Assembly: GCA_947588905.1 (NCBI GenBank)
Contig: CANQBB010000002.1
Span: 170 to 64,169, forward strand
Direction: 5' to 3'
From: an uncultured Clostridia bacterium
GTDB taxonomy: Bacteria; Bacillota; Clostridia; TANB77; UBA1234
Length of the DNA stretch: 64,000 bases
The notes under the pieces: model-generated
Seen by the model: only the letters and a program-made list of their open reading frames with translations
Told to the model about the DNA's origin: nothing
Databases searched by the model: none
Program-made: the position numbers and the translations under genes
In this document: in pieces, positions 1 through 10,700 of the stretch
How positions within the stretch are numbered: position 1 is the first letter of the stretch
Layout: each line of letters starts with the position of its first letter

Positions 1-38
1 GTAATCTAAGTTTATTTTTTTAGGAAGGGGAATCTAAT

Positions 39-596
39 ATGGATAATTTGGATACGATATTTTCTAATGGTCATCAAATATCTTTTGAAATTACTGAAGG
101 AGAGAATGGAAGTAAGCAAATAAATGCTATTTTAGACAGAACGGTTAAAATTATTTCTGCTGAGATTAGTAAATTAGGAGAAATACTTTATTCTAATAAA
201 AAAGGATTAAAAGGTACACGAATTCAAGAAAAAAAGATAATAGGTGGAGTAGCAACTAAAGAAACAGGACCTATAAATTCTGGAAAAGAAAAGGTTGGTA
301 TGTTTGAAAGATATCAGACAAAAAGCGGAAATGATAATGAAGTTATAAAAAATGTTTTAAGCTTTGATAATGGACTAAAAATAGAGGAGGAAAATACTTT
401 TAGGGGTGAAAACAATCAAAGCTATACCAAAAAAGTTAATGGCATTACTGCATTTTCTATGGTTAAAACAAAAGACGGAATTGTTTTAACTCGTTATGAC
501 AGAGAAGGGAATAAACTTATAGACTTCTCTTATGATAAAAATGGAAGGCCCATAGGTAATAATGCAACTAATTTTCCAGGTGTGCCACGGTTATGA
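39..596 (+). CDS. hypothetical protein (185 aa), no recognisable family
   Basis: ORF with a GGAAGGGG ribosome-binding site 8 nt upstream of the ATG. An in-frame TAG lies 6 codons upstream, so the gene is complete in the window. No motif I can place. Confidence 0.35.
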   Translation: MDNLDTIFSNGHQISFEITEGENGSKQINAILDRTVKIISAEISKLGEILYSNKKGLKGTRIQEKKIIGGVATKETGPINSGKEKVGMFERYQTKSGNDNEVIKNVLSFDNGLKIEEENTFRGENNQSYTKKVNGITAFSMVKTKDGIVLTRYDREGNKLIDFSYDKNGRPIGNNATNFPGVPRL

Positions 597-615
597 ATCA
601 TTAGATAGTATTGAT

Positions 616-825
616 ATGAATAATCCATATTTGATTGCAGATTTGATACAAAATGATTTTATTCAAGATATAGGTATACCAAGAGACATGAGAAATATTG
701 TACAAAATGCTGAAATGACTAGATATAAAGAGATGCCAACAGTTCGAGATGCAATGGATGTTATAAATGAATCTGCTATGAAGATTAAACTTTCTAGAGA
801 TTTAAATAATAATAGAAATAGATAA
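616..825 (+). CDS. small hypothetical protein (about 69 aa; internal ATG of the 562..825 ORF)
   Basis: The ORF overlaps the end of the upstream gene. Start chosen at the first ATG after the upstream stop. Weak ribosome-binding site. Confidence 0.2.
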   Translation: MNNPYLIADLIQNDFIQDIGIPRDMRNIVQNAEMTRYKEMPTVRDAMDVINESAMKIKLSRDLNNNRNR

Positions 826-875
826 AAATTCTTTGAAAATTTGATACAAAGAAAACAAACTTGTTAATGATGAAT

Positions 876-985
876 TATATGAAATAGGGGGACGGAGCAA
901 ACTTTCAATTTTGTAACATAGGACAAGAACCAAACAGGGTACGGTGAAAAATTGCAATTTTGCTCCGTCCCCTTCTTTCAAATTA
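876..985. repeat. palindromic intergenic element, copy A (GGGGACGGAGCAAACTTTCAATTTTG ... AATTGCAATTTTGCTCCGTCCCC + TTCTTTCA)
   Basis: A 26-nt arm and its near-perfect inverted copy are separated by about 35 nt. The same arm sequence recurs at 18271-18450 and 61227-61350. It lies between convergent genes. Confidence 0.75.
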
Positions 986-1636
986 TTGTTTATTACATCC
1001 GCAATCTTTTGTTTTTGGTTTATTGCAACCACAATCTTTATTAGGTTGATTTATCATATTATTCATATAGAATTTTTTATCTGCAAGTTTTTCTTCAACG
1101 GTTCTTAAAGCTTCTCCAAATCTCTGGAAGTGAACAACTTCACGTTGTCTTAAATATTTTAATACATCAATAACATCAGGGTCATCTGCTAAATCAATTA
1201 AATATTCATAAGTTGATCTAGCTTTTTGCTCTGCTGCCATATCTTCATAAAGATCAGTTCTAGGGTCTCCTTTAACTTGAATATATGCAGCTGTAAATGG
1301 ATTACCGGCAGCACTTTGAGGATATACACTAATACCATGATCAGTATAATAATCACCTAAACCGGCAGCTTTAATTTCTTCAGGAGAAACACCTTTAGTT
1401 AGCTGACTAACCAATGTGCCTACCATTTCCAAATGAGCTAACTCTTCAGTTCCTATGTCATTAAGTGTAGCTTTAGTTATTTCAGTAGGCATACTAAATT
1501 TTTGACTTAAATATCTAAGTGAAGCAGCTAATTCTCCATCAGGACCACCATATTGACTTATTATAAATTTAGCCATTTGTGGATCTGGTTTTTTAATGTT
1601 TATTGGATATTGTAATTTCTTCTCATATTCCCACAT
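983..1636 (-). CDS. cotJC: spore coat protein CotJC (manganese catalase family)
   Basis: 217 aa with the Mn-catalase/ferritin-like layout (ELAHLEMV, EVVHFQRFGEAL motifs). It sits immediately downstream of the cotJA/cotJB homologues on the same strand. Confidence 0.9.
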   Translation of the reverse strand: MWEYEKKLQYPINIKKPDPQMAKFIISQYGGPDGELAASLRYLSQKFSMPTEITKATLNDIGTEELAHLEMVGTLVSQLTKGVSPEEIKAAGLGDYYTDHGISVYPQSAAGNPFTAAYIQVKGDPRTDLYEDMAAEQKARSTYEYLIDLADDPDVIDVLKYLRQREVVHFQRFGEALRTVEEKLADKKFYMNNMINQPNKDCGCNKPKTKDCGCNKQ

Positions 1637-1638
1637 AT

Positions 1639-1917
1639 CTAATTACCTCCTTTATCCCATGGCCATGGATTTTTAATCCATTTCCATTCACAATCGCCAG
1701 CTGCACTACAAGCTGTTAGTGGACCATACTTTTCTTCATATTCATCTTTTAATTCATCTGTATCATTAACTAAATTTTGATACATACACAATGCATTTTC
1801 ATCAGATGGATGCGTGTTTAAATAAAGTTGTAAATCATATAGCTTAAAATCATGTGCCATGATATCTTTCATCAATTCATCTTTACTCATATTACTCACA
1901 ATCATCCACCTCCTCAC
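1639..1917 (-). CDS. cotJB: spore coat protein CotJB
   Basis: 92 aa with the typical CotJB size and sequence (LYDLQLYLNTHP...DELKDEYEEKYGPL). Located between the cotJA and cotJC homologues. Confidence 0.85.
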   Translation of the reverse strand: MRRWMIVSNMSKDELMKDIMAHDFKLYDLQLYLNTHPSDENALCMYQNLVNDTDELKDEYEEKYGPLTACSAAGDCEWKWIKNPWPWDKGGN

Positions 1918-2173
1918 AAGTTTTGGTTTGAGACAAATATTTGATTAAACATTGAGATTGATTTTTGGTGTAAGGACTTACTAGTTCTGGAAAAGTAGTA
2001 CCATGTGCTAATGATTCTCTTGGGCAAAATGTTTCGCCAATTTCTTGATATGGTACGTAAGCATTTGCTAATCTTGGATTTCTAGGCATTTCTTCTGGCA
2101 TTTTGCAATTAGGACATTTTGGAGCACTATTGCAACCACAATTACGTCTAGGATATCTATTTCTTCTGTACAT
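1892..2173 (-). CDS. cotJA: spore coat-associated protein CotJA
   Basis: 93 aa, Cys/Pro-rich small protein. It is the first gene of the cotJABC-type operon and overlaps cotJB, as is usual. Confidence 0.75.
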   Translation of the reverse strand: MYRRNRYPRRNCGCNSAPKCPNCKMPEEMPRNPRLANAYVPYQEIGETFCPRESLAHGTTFPELVSPYTKNQSQCLIKYLSQTKTCEEVDDCE

Positions 2174-2375
2174 AAAATAACCTCCTATTTAAGTTATTAT
2201 AGTAAATAATATGCAAATTTTTGAAATTTGGTGTCAGAATATATTATTTAATAAAATTTTTTGAAAATAGGATAAAAAACTAATTGACTGAGTATACATA
2301 AAGTAGTATAATGTAATTTGGTAAATTTTTGTGAAATATGTTTTTGTAAAGGCATGAGAATTGGAGGAAAAATGC

Positions 2376-2741
2376 ATGGAATTTGAAATGTTGCGGGTTG
2401 ATGAACTGATAAAACCAGAAACCAAGGAGTTTAATCTCAATCCAGAAGCATGGAACATGAAATGTTGTCTGCAGTTTACACAGGGAATGGATATGGCGAA
2501 GAAACTTGCAGATGAAGTAGACGGAATTTGTATGGCTACAATACCAATGTTAGAGCATAAATATGTTATTGGAGGTTTTTGTAATCAAGGTCAAACTGCA
2601 AAAATAATGCTATTTAATGCTATAGAAACCACCCCAGAAGAGGGAAAAGTACATGTATTTATTCCTAATCCTGATTCAACAAAAGAGTTTTTGATGGATA
2701 AATGGATAAAATATCAGAAAGGAGAAATATTTGATATTTGA
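2376..2741 (+). CDS. hypothetical small Cys-containing protein (about 121 aa), GC-elevated
   Basis: GGAGG lies 8 nt upstream of the ATG at 2376. GC is about 37 % against a background of about 27 %. The gene is followed by an intrinsic terminator. Confidence 0.4.
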   Translation: MEFEMLRVDELIKPETKEFNLNPEAWNMKCCLQFTQGMDMAKKLADEVDGICMATIPMLEHKYVIGGFCNQGQTAKIMLFNAIETTPEEGKVHVFIPNPDSTKEFLMDKWIKYQKGEIFDI

Positions 2742-2744
2742 AAT

Positions 2745-2792
2745 AAAGAAGGCTAGTACAAATAAAGTACAAGCCTTCTTTAAATTTTTTTG
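2745..2792 (+). terminator. rho-independent terminator (AAAGAAGGCT ... AGCCTTCTTT + T-run)
   Basis: A 10-bp perfect stem is followed by TAAATTTTTTT. Confidence 0.6.
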
Positions 2793-2874
2793 ATAAAAAA
2801 CCTCAGCATTTGAATTGAACAACTAATAGTTCACTTCATCAGCCGAGGATAATTACATTAAAATATTATATAAA

Positions 2875-4314
2875 TTAAACAGTGTAAATACCACCAATAT
2901 TTTTACTTGAAGATACTCCAAATAAATTTGTTTTACTAAAAGTATCACTTTCACCTATAACAATTGTATCTCCTTCAAAAATATAATTACATCCTTTTGC
3001 TATTTCTATTCCTTCTCTAATCATATCTGAAGCGACTTCAGATTTTTTTACTACTATTGGATAAACACCCCATGTCATACTAAGTTGTCTAGCAGTTGTT
3101 TCATCTGGTGTTATCAAATAAACAGGACATGCAGGTCTAAAACTAGATATAGCATTTAAAGTATTTCCATGTGCAGACAAAGCAAATATTGCTTTCGCGT
3201 GAGATTCCATTGCAACTTCACAAAGTGAATGACCTACAATTAAATTTGGACGACTTCCGACAAGATGTGAAGTTTCTTTTCTCGAAAACTTGTTCCAATA
3301 ATCGATTCCATTTTCTATTGTTTCTGCAATTTGTGCCATTGTTTTTACACTTTCAATTGGGAAACTACCAGCTGCAACTTCTCCAGATAACATTATTGTT
3401 GAAGCTCCATCAAATATTGCATTGGCAACATCATTTACTTCAGCACGAGTTGGTCTTGGATTTGTAATCATTGATTCTAACATTTGTGTTGCAACAATAA
3501 CTGTTTTTCCTTTTTTATTACATTTCTTTACAAATTCTTTTTGAAGTAGTGGAACTTTATCCATTGGGATTTCAACCCCCAAATCTCCACGTGCAACCAT
3601 TATTCCATCAACAACATCTAGTATTTTATCAAAGTTATCTACACCTTCTTGATTTTCTATTTTAGCAATTATTTTGATGTGAGAAGCATCATTTTCTTTT
3701 AATACTTCTTTTATTGCTAAAATGTCATCTACTTTTCTTACAAAAGATGCAGCAATTATATCAAATCCATTTTTAATTCCAAATATTATATCATCTTTAT
3801 CTTTATCAGTTAAAACAGGTAAATTTAATGATAAACCTGGTATATTTACACTTTTTCTATTTGTTAATTTACCACCATGTATAACTTCACATAGGACTTC
3901 TTTATTGACAATTTCTTTAACTTTTAATTCTATTATTCCATCATTTATAAGTATTTTTGTACCAACAGAGACATCTTCATACAAATGTGGATAGTTAACA
4001 AATACTTTTGAAAAATCACCAACACATGCTTCTTGAGAAAGTGTAAAATTTGCACCATCATGTAAAATTGCCATATCATTTTCAAAAGTACCAATTCTTA
4101 TTTCGGGTCCTTTTGTATCAAGCATCATAGGAATAGGCATATTTAATTCTTCTCTAACAGCTTTAAATAGTTCTATTCTTTTTAATTGTTGTTCATAATC
4201 TCCATGAGAAAAATTAAATCTTGCAACATTCATACCTGCCGAAAATAATTTCGTTAAAGTTTTACAATCATCGACAGCTGGACCTAAAGTACAAACTATC
4301 TTTGTTTTTCTCAT
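2875..4314 (-). CDS. pyk: pyruvate kinase
   Basis: 479 aa. The N-terminus MRKTKIVCTLGPA...NFSHG...MLDTKGPEIR matches the canonical pyruvate kinase fold along its full length. Confidence 0.95.
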   Translation of the reverse strand: MRKTKIVCTLGPAVDDCKTLTKLFSAGMNVARFNFSHGDYEQQLKRIELFKAVREELNMPIPMMLDTKGPEIRIGTFENDMAILHDGANFTLSQEACVGDFSKVFVNYPHLYEDVSVGTKILINDGIIELKVKEIVNKEVLCEVIHGGKLTNRKSVNIPGLSLNLPVLTDKDKDDIIFGIKNGFDIIAASFVRKVDDILAIKEVLKENDASHIKIIAKIENQEGVDNFDKILDVVDGIMVARGDLGVEIPMDKVPLLQKEFVKKCNKKGKTVIVATQMLESMITNPRPTRAEVNDVANAIFDGASTIMLSGEVAAGSFPIESVKTMAQIAETIENGIDYWNKFSRKETSHLVGSRPNLIVGHSLCEVAMESHAKAIFALSAHGNTLNAISSFRPACPVYLITPDETTARQLSMTWGVYPIVVKKSEVASDMIREGIEIAKGCNYIFEGDTIVIGESDTFSKTNLFGVSSSKNIGGIYTV

Positions 4315-4331
4315 TAGTTAATTCACCTCTT

Positions 4332-6935
4332 TTAATCTTGATTTGTAAGCCATTTACAAAGACCAAGATCTTGATTATTTATAAGTAATGGATTAGTAGG
4401 AGTAATTCTAAATGTATATCCATAATTTCCACCATTATTGATTATTATATTAGCTGAATATTCATATTTTGATTCATCCAATGTATTTGATAATTGCATA
4501 GGTACATACATACTATCTACCATTTTATTTGTATCATCAAATTTACCATAGAATATTTCAACAGAAACATCGTTAGGCGAGATTGATGGAAGTGTTACTG
4601 TACATTTCATTTCAATAGAATCTCCAGCATTAGCAGAAAGTTCTTCTAAGTTAGTATTAGATTCAATAATAATATTATTCCAATTTTCACGAATTCCTTT
4701 TTCCCATTCAATATAACTTTCAACATTTTCTTTAGTATAGAAATTTGAATTTGTTAATCTAATTTGTGGCATATACAATTTATTTAAATAATCAACAAGC
4801 ATTCTACCAGTATTATAAACTCCACCAACAGATTTTATTGAATTTTTCATTCTTTGTATCCACCTAGTGTTTTCTGCCATATTAGATTTTTCATAATATA
4901 ATGGAATTATTTCATTTTCAAGAATATTATATATGCTTTGAGAATCGCTATTATCTTGAATTTCATAATTATTATATTCAGTGTCATCTCCAATTGCCCA
5001 GCCATTTTGCTTATTATATCCTTCATACCACCAACCATCTAGAATGCTAAAGTTGATTACACCATTTAGTCCAGCTTTTTCTCCACTTGTTCCACTAGCC
5101 TCTAAAGGTCTTCTTGGATTGTTAAGCCAAATATCTACACCACTAACTAAATACCTAGCAATATACATATTATAATTTTCTAATATTACAACTTTACCTT
5201 TGAATTGTGGCATGTTGGAAATTTCATATATTTTCTTAACTAAATCTTGTCCTTGAACATCAGCTGGATGAGGTTTACCTGCAAAAATAATTTGAACAGG
5301 TTTAGTTGGATTATTTAAAATATTTGTAATTCTTTCTAAATCTCTAAATATTAAATCTGCACGTTTATACGTTGCAAATCTTCTTGCAAAACCTATTGTT
5401 AATGCATTAGGATCTAGTATTTTATCTATATCATTGATTTCTTCTAATGAAGCTCCATTTCTAATTTTTTGTTCTCTAATATTTTTTCTAACTAATTTAA
5501 CTAATTTCTTCTTTTGAACCATGTGTGCTTCCCATAATTTTTCATCAGGGATACTATCTATATCATTCCAAACTTCACGATCATATGCTTTTTCTTGCCA
5601 GAATGGTCTCATATATGTGTTATATAAATCTTTTAATGTTGGAGCAAGCCATGTGCATGTATGAACACCATTGGTAACATATGTTATAGGTATTTCTTCT
5701 GTTTGAATGTTTGGCCATAACTCGGCAAATAATTTTTGAGAAACACCACCATGAAGTTTACTAACACCATTTTTCTTTCCTGCAATTTTTAGAGCGAGAA
5801 CTGCCATGTTAAAACCTTGAGTATATGTGTTATCATATTTAGTTCCTAGATTTAAAAATTCTGTTCTTGTTATTCCAAGTTCATTGCAATAATTAAAGAA
5901 ATATTTATCCATTAAATCAATAGGGAAAATATCATTACCTGCTGGAACTGGAGTATGAGTTGTGAATATTGTACAAGTAGAAGCCATTTTCTTTGCTACT
6001 TCAAAAGATACATTTTTCTCTTGCATGAAATTTCTGATTACTTCTAAAGTAACAAATGAAGAATGTCCTTCATTCATGTGAAATATTGTTGGATGTATAT
6101 TAAGTTTATTTAATAAATGCATACCACCAATTCCTAAAATAATTTCTTGTGAAATACGCATTTCTTGGTTACCGCCATATAGTTTTAAAGTAAGACCTCT
6201 ATCAATATCTGTATTTAAACCTATATCGCTATCCATTAAATATAATGAAATTCTTCCTACATTGATTTTCCAAATTTTTAAATAAATAATTCTATCAGGA
6301 AATTGTAAAGGAATTACAAGCTCATTTCCATCTTCATCATAAACAGGTAGTATTGGTAAATCAGAGATGTTTGTTGGAGAATAATCAAATAATTCAGAAC
6401 CATCTTTATTTATATATTGACTAAAATATCCTTGCTTATACAGCAAACCAACTGCAACAAAAGGAATACCTAAATCGCTAGCAGATTTGCAATGGTCACC
6501 TGATAATATTCCAAGACCACCTGCATAAAGTGGTAGTATTTCATCAAGCCCATATTCTGCAGAAAAATATGCAATCATATCATTTTGATTTTCTGGGAAA
6601 TGTTCTGAATAATATGTATTCTTATTATTAAGATAACCATTAAAGTTGTCTATAACCATATTATATTCTTTCAAGAAGTCTTCATCTTCAGAAACTTCTA
6701 TTAAACGTTGTTGATTTATTTCAGAAAGAAATTTGACAGGATTTTTATTTACCTTTTCAAATAAATTAGAATCAATGTAGTCATATAATCTTAAAGCATA
6801 AGAGTTCCATGACCACCATAAATTATTAGCAAGTTTTGATAACTCCGAAATCTTTTCAGGTAATTGGGGAGTTACAGTAATTTTTCCAAATAAGTACACT
6901 AAAATTTCCTCCTTTGTATAATAATTTACATACAA
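4332..6935 (-). CDS. glgP: alpha-glucan phosphorylase (GT35 family, glycogen/maltodextrin phosphorylase type)
   Basis: 867 aa, the length and overall layout of the bacterial/archaeal alpha-glucan phosphorylase family, including the region corresponding to the pyridoxal-phosphate site. It ends 17 nt upstream of pyk on the same strand. Confidence 0.8.
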   Translation of the reverse strand: MYVNYYTKEEILVYLFGKITVTPQLPEKISELSKLANNLWWSWNSYALRLYDYIDSNLFEKVNKNPVKFLSEINQQRLIEVSEDEDFLKEYNMVIDNFNGYLNNKNTYYSEHFPENQNDMIAYFSAEYGLDEILPLYAGGLGILSGDHCKSASDLGIPFVAVGLLYKQGYFSQYINKDGSELFDYSPTNISDLPILPVYDEDGNELVIPLQFPDRIIYLKIWKINVGRISLYLMDSDIGLNTDIDRGLTLKLYGGNQEMRISQEIILGIGGMHLLNKLNIHPTIFHMNEGHSSFVTLEVIRNFMQEKNVSFEVAKKMASTCTIFTTHTPVPAGNDIFPIDLMDKYFFNYCNELGITRTEFLNLGTKYDNTYTQGFNMAVLALKIAGKKNGVSKLHGGVSQKLFAELWPNIQTEEIPITYVTNGVHTCTWLAPTLKDLYNTYMRPFWQEKAYDREVWNDIDSIPDEKLWEAHMVQKKKLVKLVRKNIREQKIRNGASLEEINDIDKILDPNALTIGFARRFATYKRADLIFRDLERITNILNNPTKPVQIIFAGKPHPADVQGQDLVKKIYEISNMPQFKGKVVILENYNMYIARYLVSGVDIWLNNPRRPLEASGTSGEKAGLNGVINFSILDGWWYEGYNKQNGWAIGDDTEYNNYEIQDNSDSQSIYNILENEIIPLYYEKSNMAENTRWIQRMKNSIKSVGGVYNTGRMLVDYLNKLYMPQIRLTNSNFYTKENVESYIEWEKGIRENWNNIIIESNTNLEELSANAGDSIEMKCTVTLPSISPNDVSVEIFYGKFDDTNKMVDSMYVPMQLSNTLDESKYEYSANIIINNGGNYGYTFRITPTNPLLINNQDLGLCKWLTNQD

Positions 6936-6995
6936 TTTAATTATCTCTTAACATAGTAAAAAAGTCAATTGATAAAAGTAAATTTTACTAATTAT

Positions 6996-7589
6996 TTAAT
7001 TTTTAAAAATACTTTTAATTATATAATTTAGATAATCTAATGAAGTTAAATTTGATAGAAATAATTGTATAATCATTTCTATGAATTCTTCTAGAAAATC
7101 ATAATAATTTTTCATTGAAAAGTTAATAAAACAATCTACTTGTATATAATTTGTTTTTCTAAAATTTTTTAATAAACATGATAAAATAATTTGTTGCCTG
7201 TATAAAAAGAATTCTTGAGAATATTCAATAGGTGAGTCCTTACTTAAAATTAAATTGATTATATTATTGATTTTATTTAAAGAACTATTTTCAAAATAAA
7301 AATAGTTATAATGCAAAATCCTTTTTACAATTGTTTTCTCATATTTTTCAATTATTAAATCAGATAAAATCAAAGACAAGCATGTATATAAATAAATGTA
7401 ATTTCCATAAAAGTTTTTACTATTTTCCATTATATTTTTATTGTAATAATTAAAGCATTTAATTACTAAAGTTTTTTCTCCATTTATTTTTCTTGAAAGA
7501 AATTTAATATTTGGATATTCATATAAACTATCAATTAAGTCATTTATAATATTTGAAGTATTAGATTTTATAATTATAGATTTTGGCAT
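6996..7589 (-). CDS. hypothetical protein (197 aa), first gene of the putative glgP-pyk transcription unit
   Basis: ORF with a plausible ribosome-binding site. Very AT-rich, Leu/Ile/Asn/Tyr-rich. No family recognised. Confidence 0.35.
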   Translation of the reverse strand: MPKSIIIKSNTSNIINDLIDSLYEYPNIKFLSRKINGEKTLVIKCFNYYNKNIMENSKNFYGNYIYLYTCLSLILSDLIIEKYEKTIVKRILHYNYFYFENSSLNKINNIINLILSKDSPIEYSQEFFLYRQQIILSCLLKNFRKTNYIQVDCFINFSMKNYYDFLEEFIEMIIQLFLSNLTSLDYLNYIIKSIFKN

Positions 7590-7748
7590 TTACAATTCAC
7601 CTCAAAGATATTGTTTTACTATTTAAAATAATTATTCTAAATATACTATTCTTTTCCAATGAAAAAAGATAATGAATTAAATAAAATCTATTGAAAAAAA
7701 AACTGGTTATTGTATAATAGAATTAAATATACTATGAGGTGAAAAAGA

Positions 7749-10700
7749 ATGAAAATCATTGAAAAGGTACTAAAGAATAAATTGTCACAATATGGATATA
7801 ACGTTGATACTATTTCAGAAAAATTGAAACAAATTGATTTTGATCTTATTGACAATCAAATTGCTTTTGAAAATGAAGCTGAAAACTTTATTACTATAAA
7901 AGAATATAATGAGCCAACAGTCGAGATTGCAAGAATGTTGGCTAATTATAATAAATATTACATACAAAATATGATTATTGAAGGAGAAATAAATTATACA
8001 ACAGCAATGTCATCAATCAACACAGTTATGCCTGTCGTTGATTATAAACTTTCTAATAGCATTTGCATTGTTGCTACAACTACAGCATTAAATGTTGAAG
8101 TAATTATTTATAGCCCAGATGCACGTGTTGCACAAATGTATGGAAATCAAACGTATGAAAATGCTTTTTCAGATGAAAGAAATAAAATAGCAAAAGAATA
8201 TTATGATGCTTTTGTTGAAAATGGTAGAGTGCCAGAAATAAAAGTAAAAGGAATCTTAGCATTGCTTTTATCTGAATATGTAATAGATGAATTAACTATA
8301 ACTGGTGCAAACCCTAAAATTAAAATGTATGATAATGTTGATGCATATGCAGAAAATATAACAGAGTATAAAATAAAATATATAAATAGAAAGACAAATA
8401 AAGTTGAACTTGCTCATAAACCAATATATATAAAAAGACTTGGCACAGGAGTTTCTGCGGGATTTATAAGCAATGATCCATATATAAAATTAGACAATCT
8501 TCCAGAAGGAGCAGATTTTCCTTTAAATGTAATTTCATATTATTGGACAAATGCTACTAGAAATAAAAAAGAAGAAATATCAATATATATAGCAACTAAG
8601 CCATATGGAAATTATAAAACATATAAAGAATATAGAGAAAATAGCAGTAATAAATATGGAGAGCTTATTAACGCATTAGTTCTACAATTCCAAAAAGAAA
8701 CTGGATTTAGTATTGATAGAGAGTATATATCAAATGTTTTAAAAAAATTAAATCCAGAACTTATATATCCATCTATGGATATTATTAGAGATTGTATGGA
8801 TAATCCTGCTGATCCTGTAGAACCTATTAGATACAAATATAAAGCTATATCTGTTCCTGAAGATTTTGAAAGCAGATTATATATCTCTATTGAAGACAAT
8901 TTAGGAAAAAGATATAAATATAAATTAACTGAAAATGTATTAGATGATTTAACTAGAGTTGGAAATAAATTAGAGTACACAGGTGAAGATGGTAATATAG
9001 TCAGAAAGCAATCAGTAGCTGACTTCAACGTTAATGCTTGTACAGCTATCATAAGAAGAGAAACTCTAATTGATTCTACTCAGATTCCAGGACTTTTGGG
9101 ATACATTTATGAGGATGTTGAATATATTGGAACAGATATGCTTCCAGTTCCAAGTATAGAAGTTGATTTCTATTTTCCATTATTAGCTAAAAGTGAAATT
9201 TCAATGTTTAATGGAACTAACTTTGAATCAGATATGGCTAGCTTTGAAAACGCAAATAAATTTAATGCTACAGATGGAAATACTGTTATAGATACTATTC
9301 CAGGAACTACATATGCAGTTGTTAGATATGTTAATTCTAAAGGAGAAGTACTTAAAGAAAATAAAATAACAAATCTTTTCCCTGGAACACCATATGTTCC
9401 TGAAATTATACCTATAATAAATGATATAAATGGATTGGAATGGGTTTGCTCAAATTCTCAATATCCTTCTACCGTTATTAACATGATACCAGAATACAAT
9501 GTCATAGAAATAAAATATGTTGAAAAATTTTCAAAAGTAACTATTGTATATTTAAATAGAGAAGGTAAAAAAATATGTGATGATGTAATAGAAACTTTGC
9601 AAGCTGGTACAACATATGATTTATCTAAGAAAATGCAATATACTGATGAACAAAATAATGATTGGCGATTAGTTACAGCCAGACCTCAAAAACTTCTTGT
9701 AAAAGATGATGAAAGTAAAAACAATATAATTCTAATATATGATTTAGAAAAAGAACCTGTTAAGGTTAGATTCTTAAAACCTGATGGAGAAGAAGTAAAA
9801 GAAGCATTAGTAAAAGATTTTCAAGTTGGAAAACAATATACTTTACAAGTTGATAGGATAATTATTGATAAAGAGGGACTTGGCTGGGTATATAACGGAA
9901 AGAATCCTGTATCATGTATGGTTGAAGAAGATAAAGAAAATCTAATAGAAGTTACATATGAAGAATATAAACTTCCAGTCGTTGTAAAATATCAAACTGA
10001 AGATGGAGTTGTTATTTTAAACGATTATGTTGAATATTTACAGGTTGGTAAAGAATTTATTCCAAAATATGAAAATGATGTAACAGATTTTAAATTAAAG
10101 AGATGGAAATTTAAATCTTTAAATAAAAAAGAGTTGATAGTTTCAAAAAATAAAGATGAAAACGAAATAAAAGTTATTTATGAACCTTTACTTGCAAATG
10201 TATTTATACAGCTATTTGATGAAATGGGTAAGAAGATAATAAGCCCTATACAAAAAGAAGCTCAAATAGGTGGAGAATTTTCATCTGGCTTTTTAGATGA
10301 TATTACAGATAACTATGGAAAAATGTGGACAAAAGCAGATGAACCAAAAACATTGATAGTTAGTGATATTGAAGCCGAAAATAATATAACAATAAAATAT
10401 AAACCTCTTATAGTTAAAGTTGTTGTTAAGTTTTTTGATGATGAAAGAAATGAACTAATTCCAAGCAAAAATTATGAAAGACAAGCTGGTACAAAATTTA
10501 TACCAGAAATCATAAAAAAATTAGAATCATCTGACGGAAGAAAATGGATTTATAATGATGAAAAGAATTCTGAAGTTACGGTAAGAAAGAATGAAGAAGA
10601 AAACATTGTTTCTATTTTTTATGATAAGGAACTAACAGATGTAAGATTAGAATTTATGGATGCATATAACAATGTGATAAGAGATAGTACAGTAGTACAA

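Noticed and set aside
802-1032. 76-aa minus-strand ORF
   Set aside because: It lies almost entirely over palindromic element A and overlaps the cotJC 3' end. It is an artefact of the repeat.
3171-3994. Plus-strand ORFs 3171..3467 and 3722..3994
   Set aside because: They are antisense to pyruvate kinase and have no independent support.
8612-9052. 146-aa minus-strand ORF inside the giant gene, together with 12261..12524 and 13556..13786
   Set aside because: All are antisense ORFs within the long AT-rich coding region, with low-complexity L/S/I/F composition and no ribosome-binding sites.
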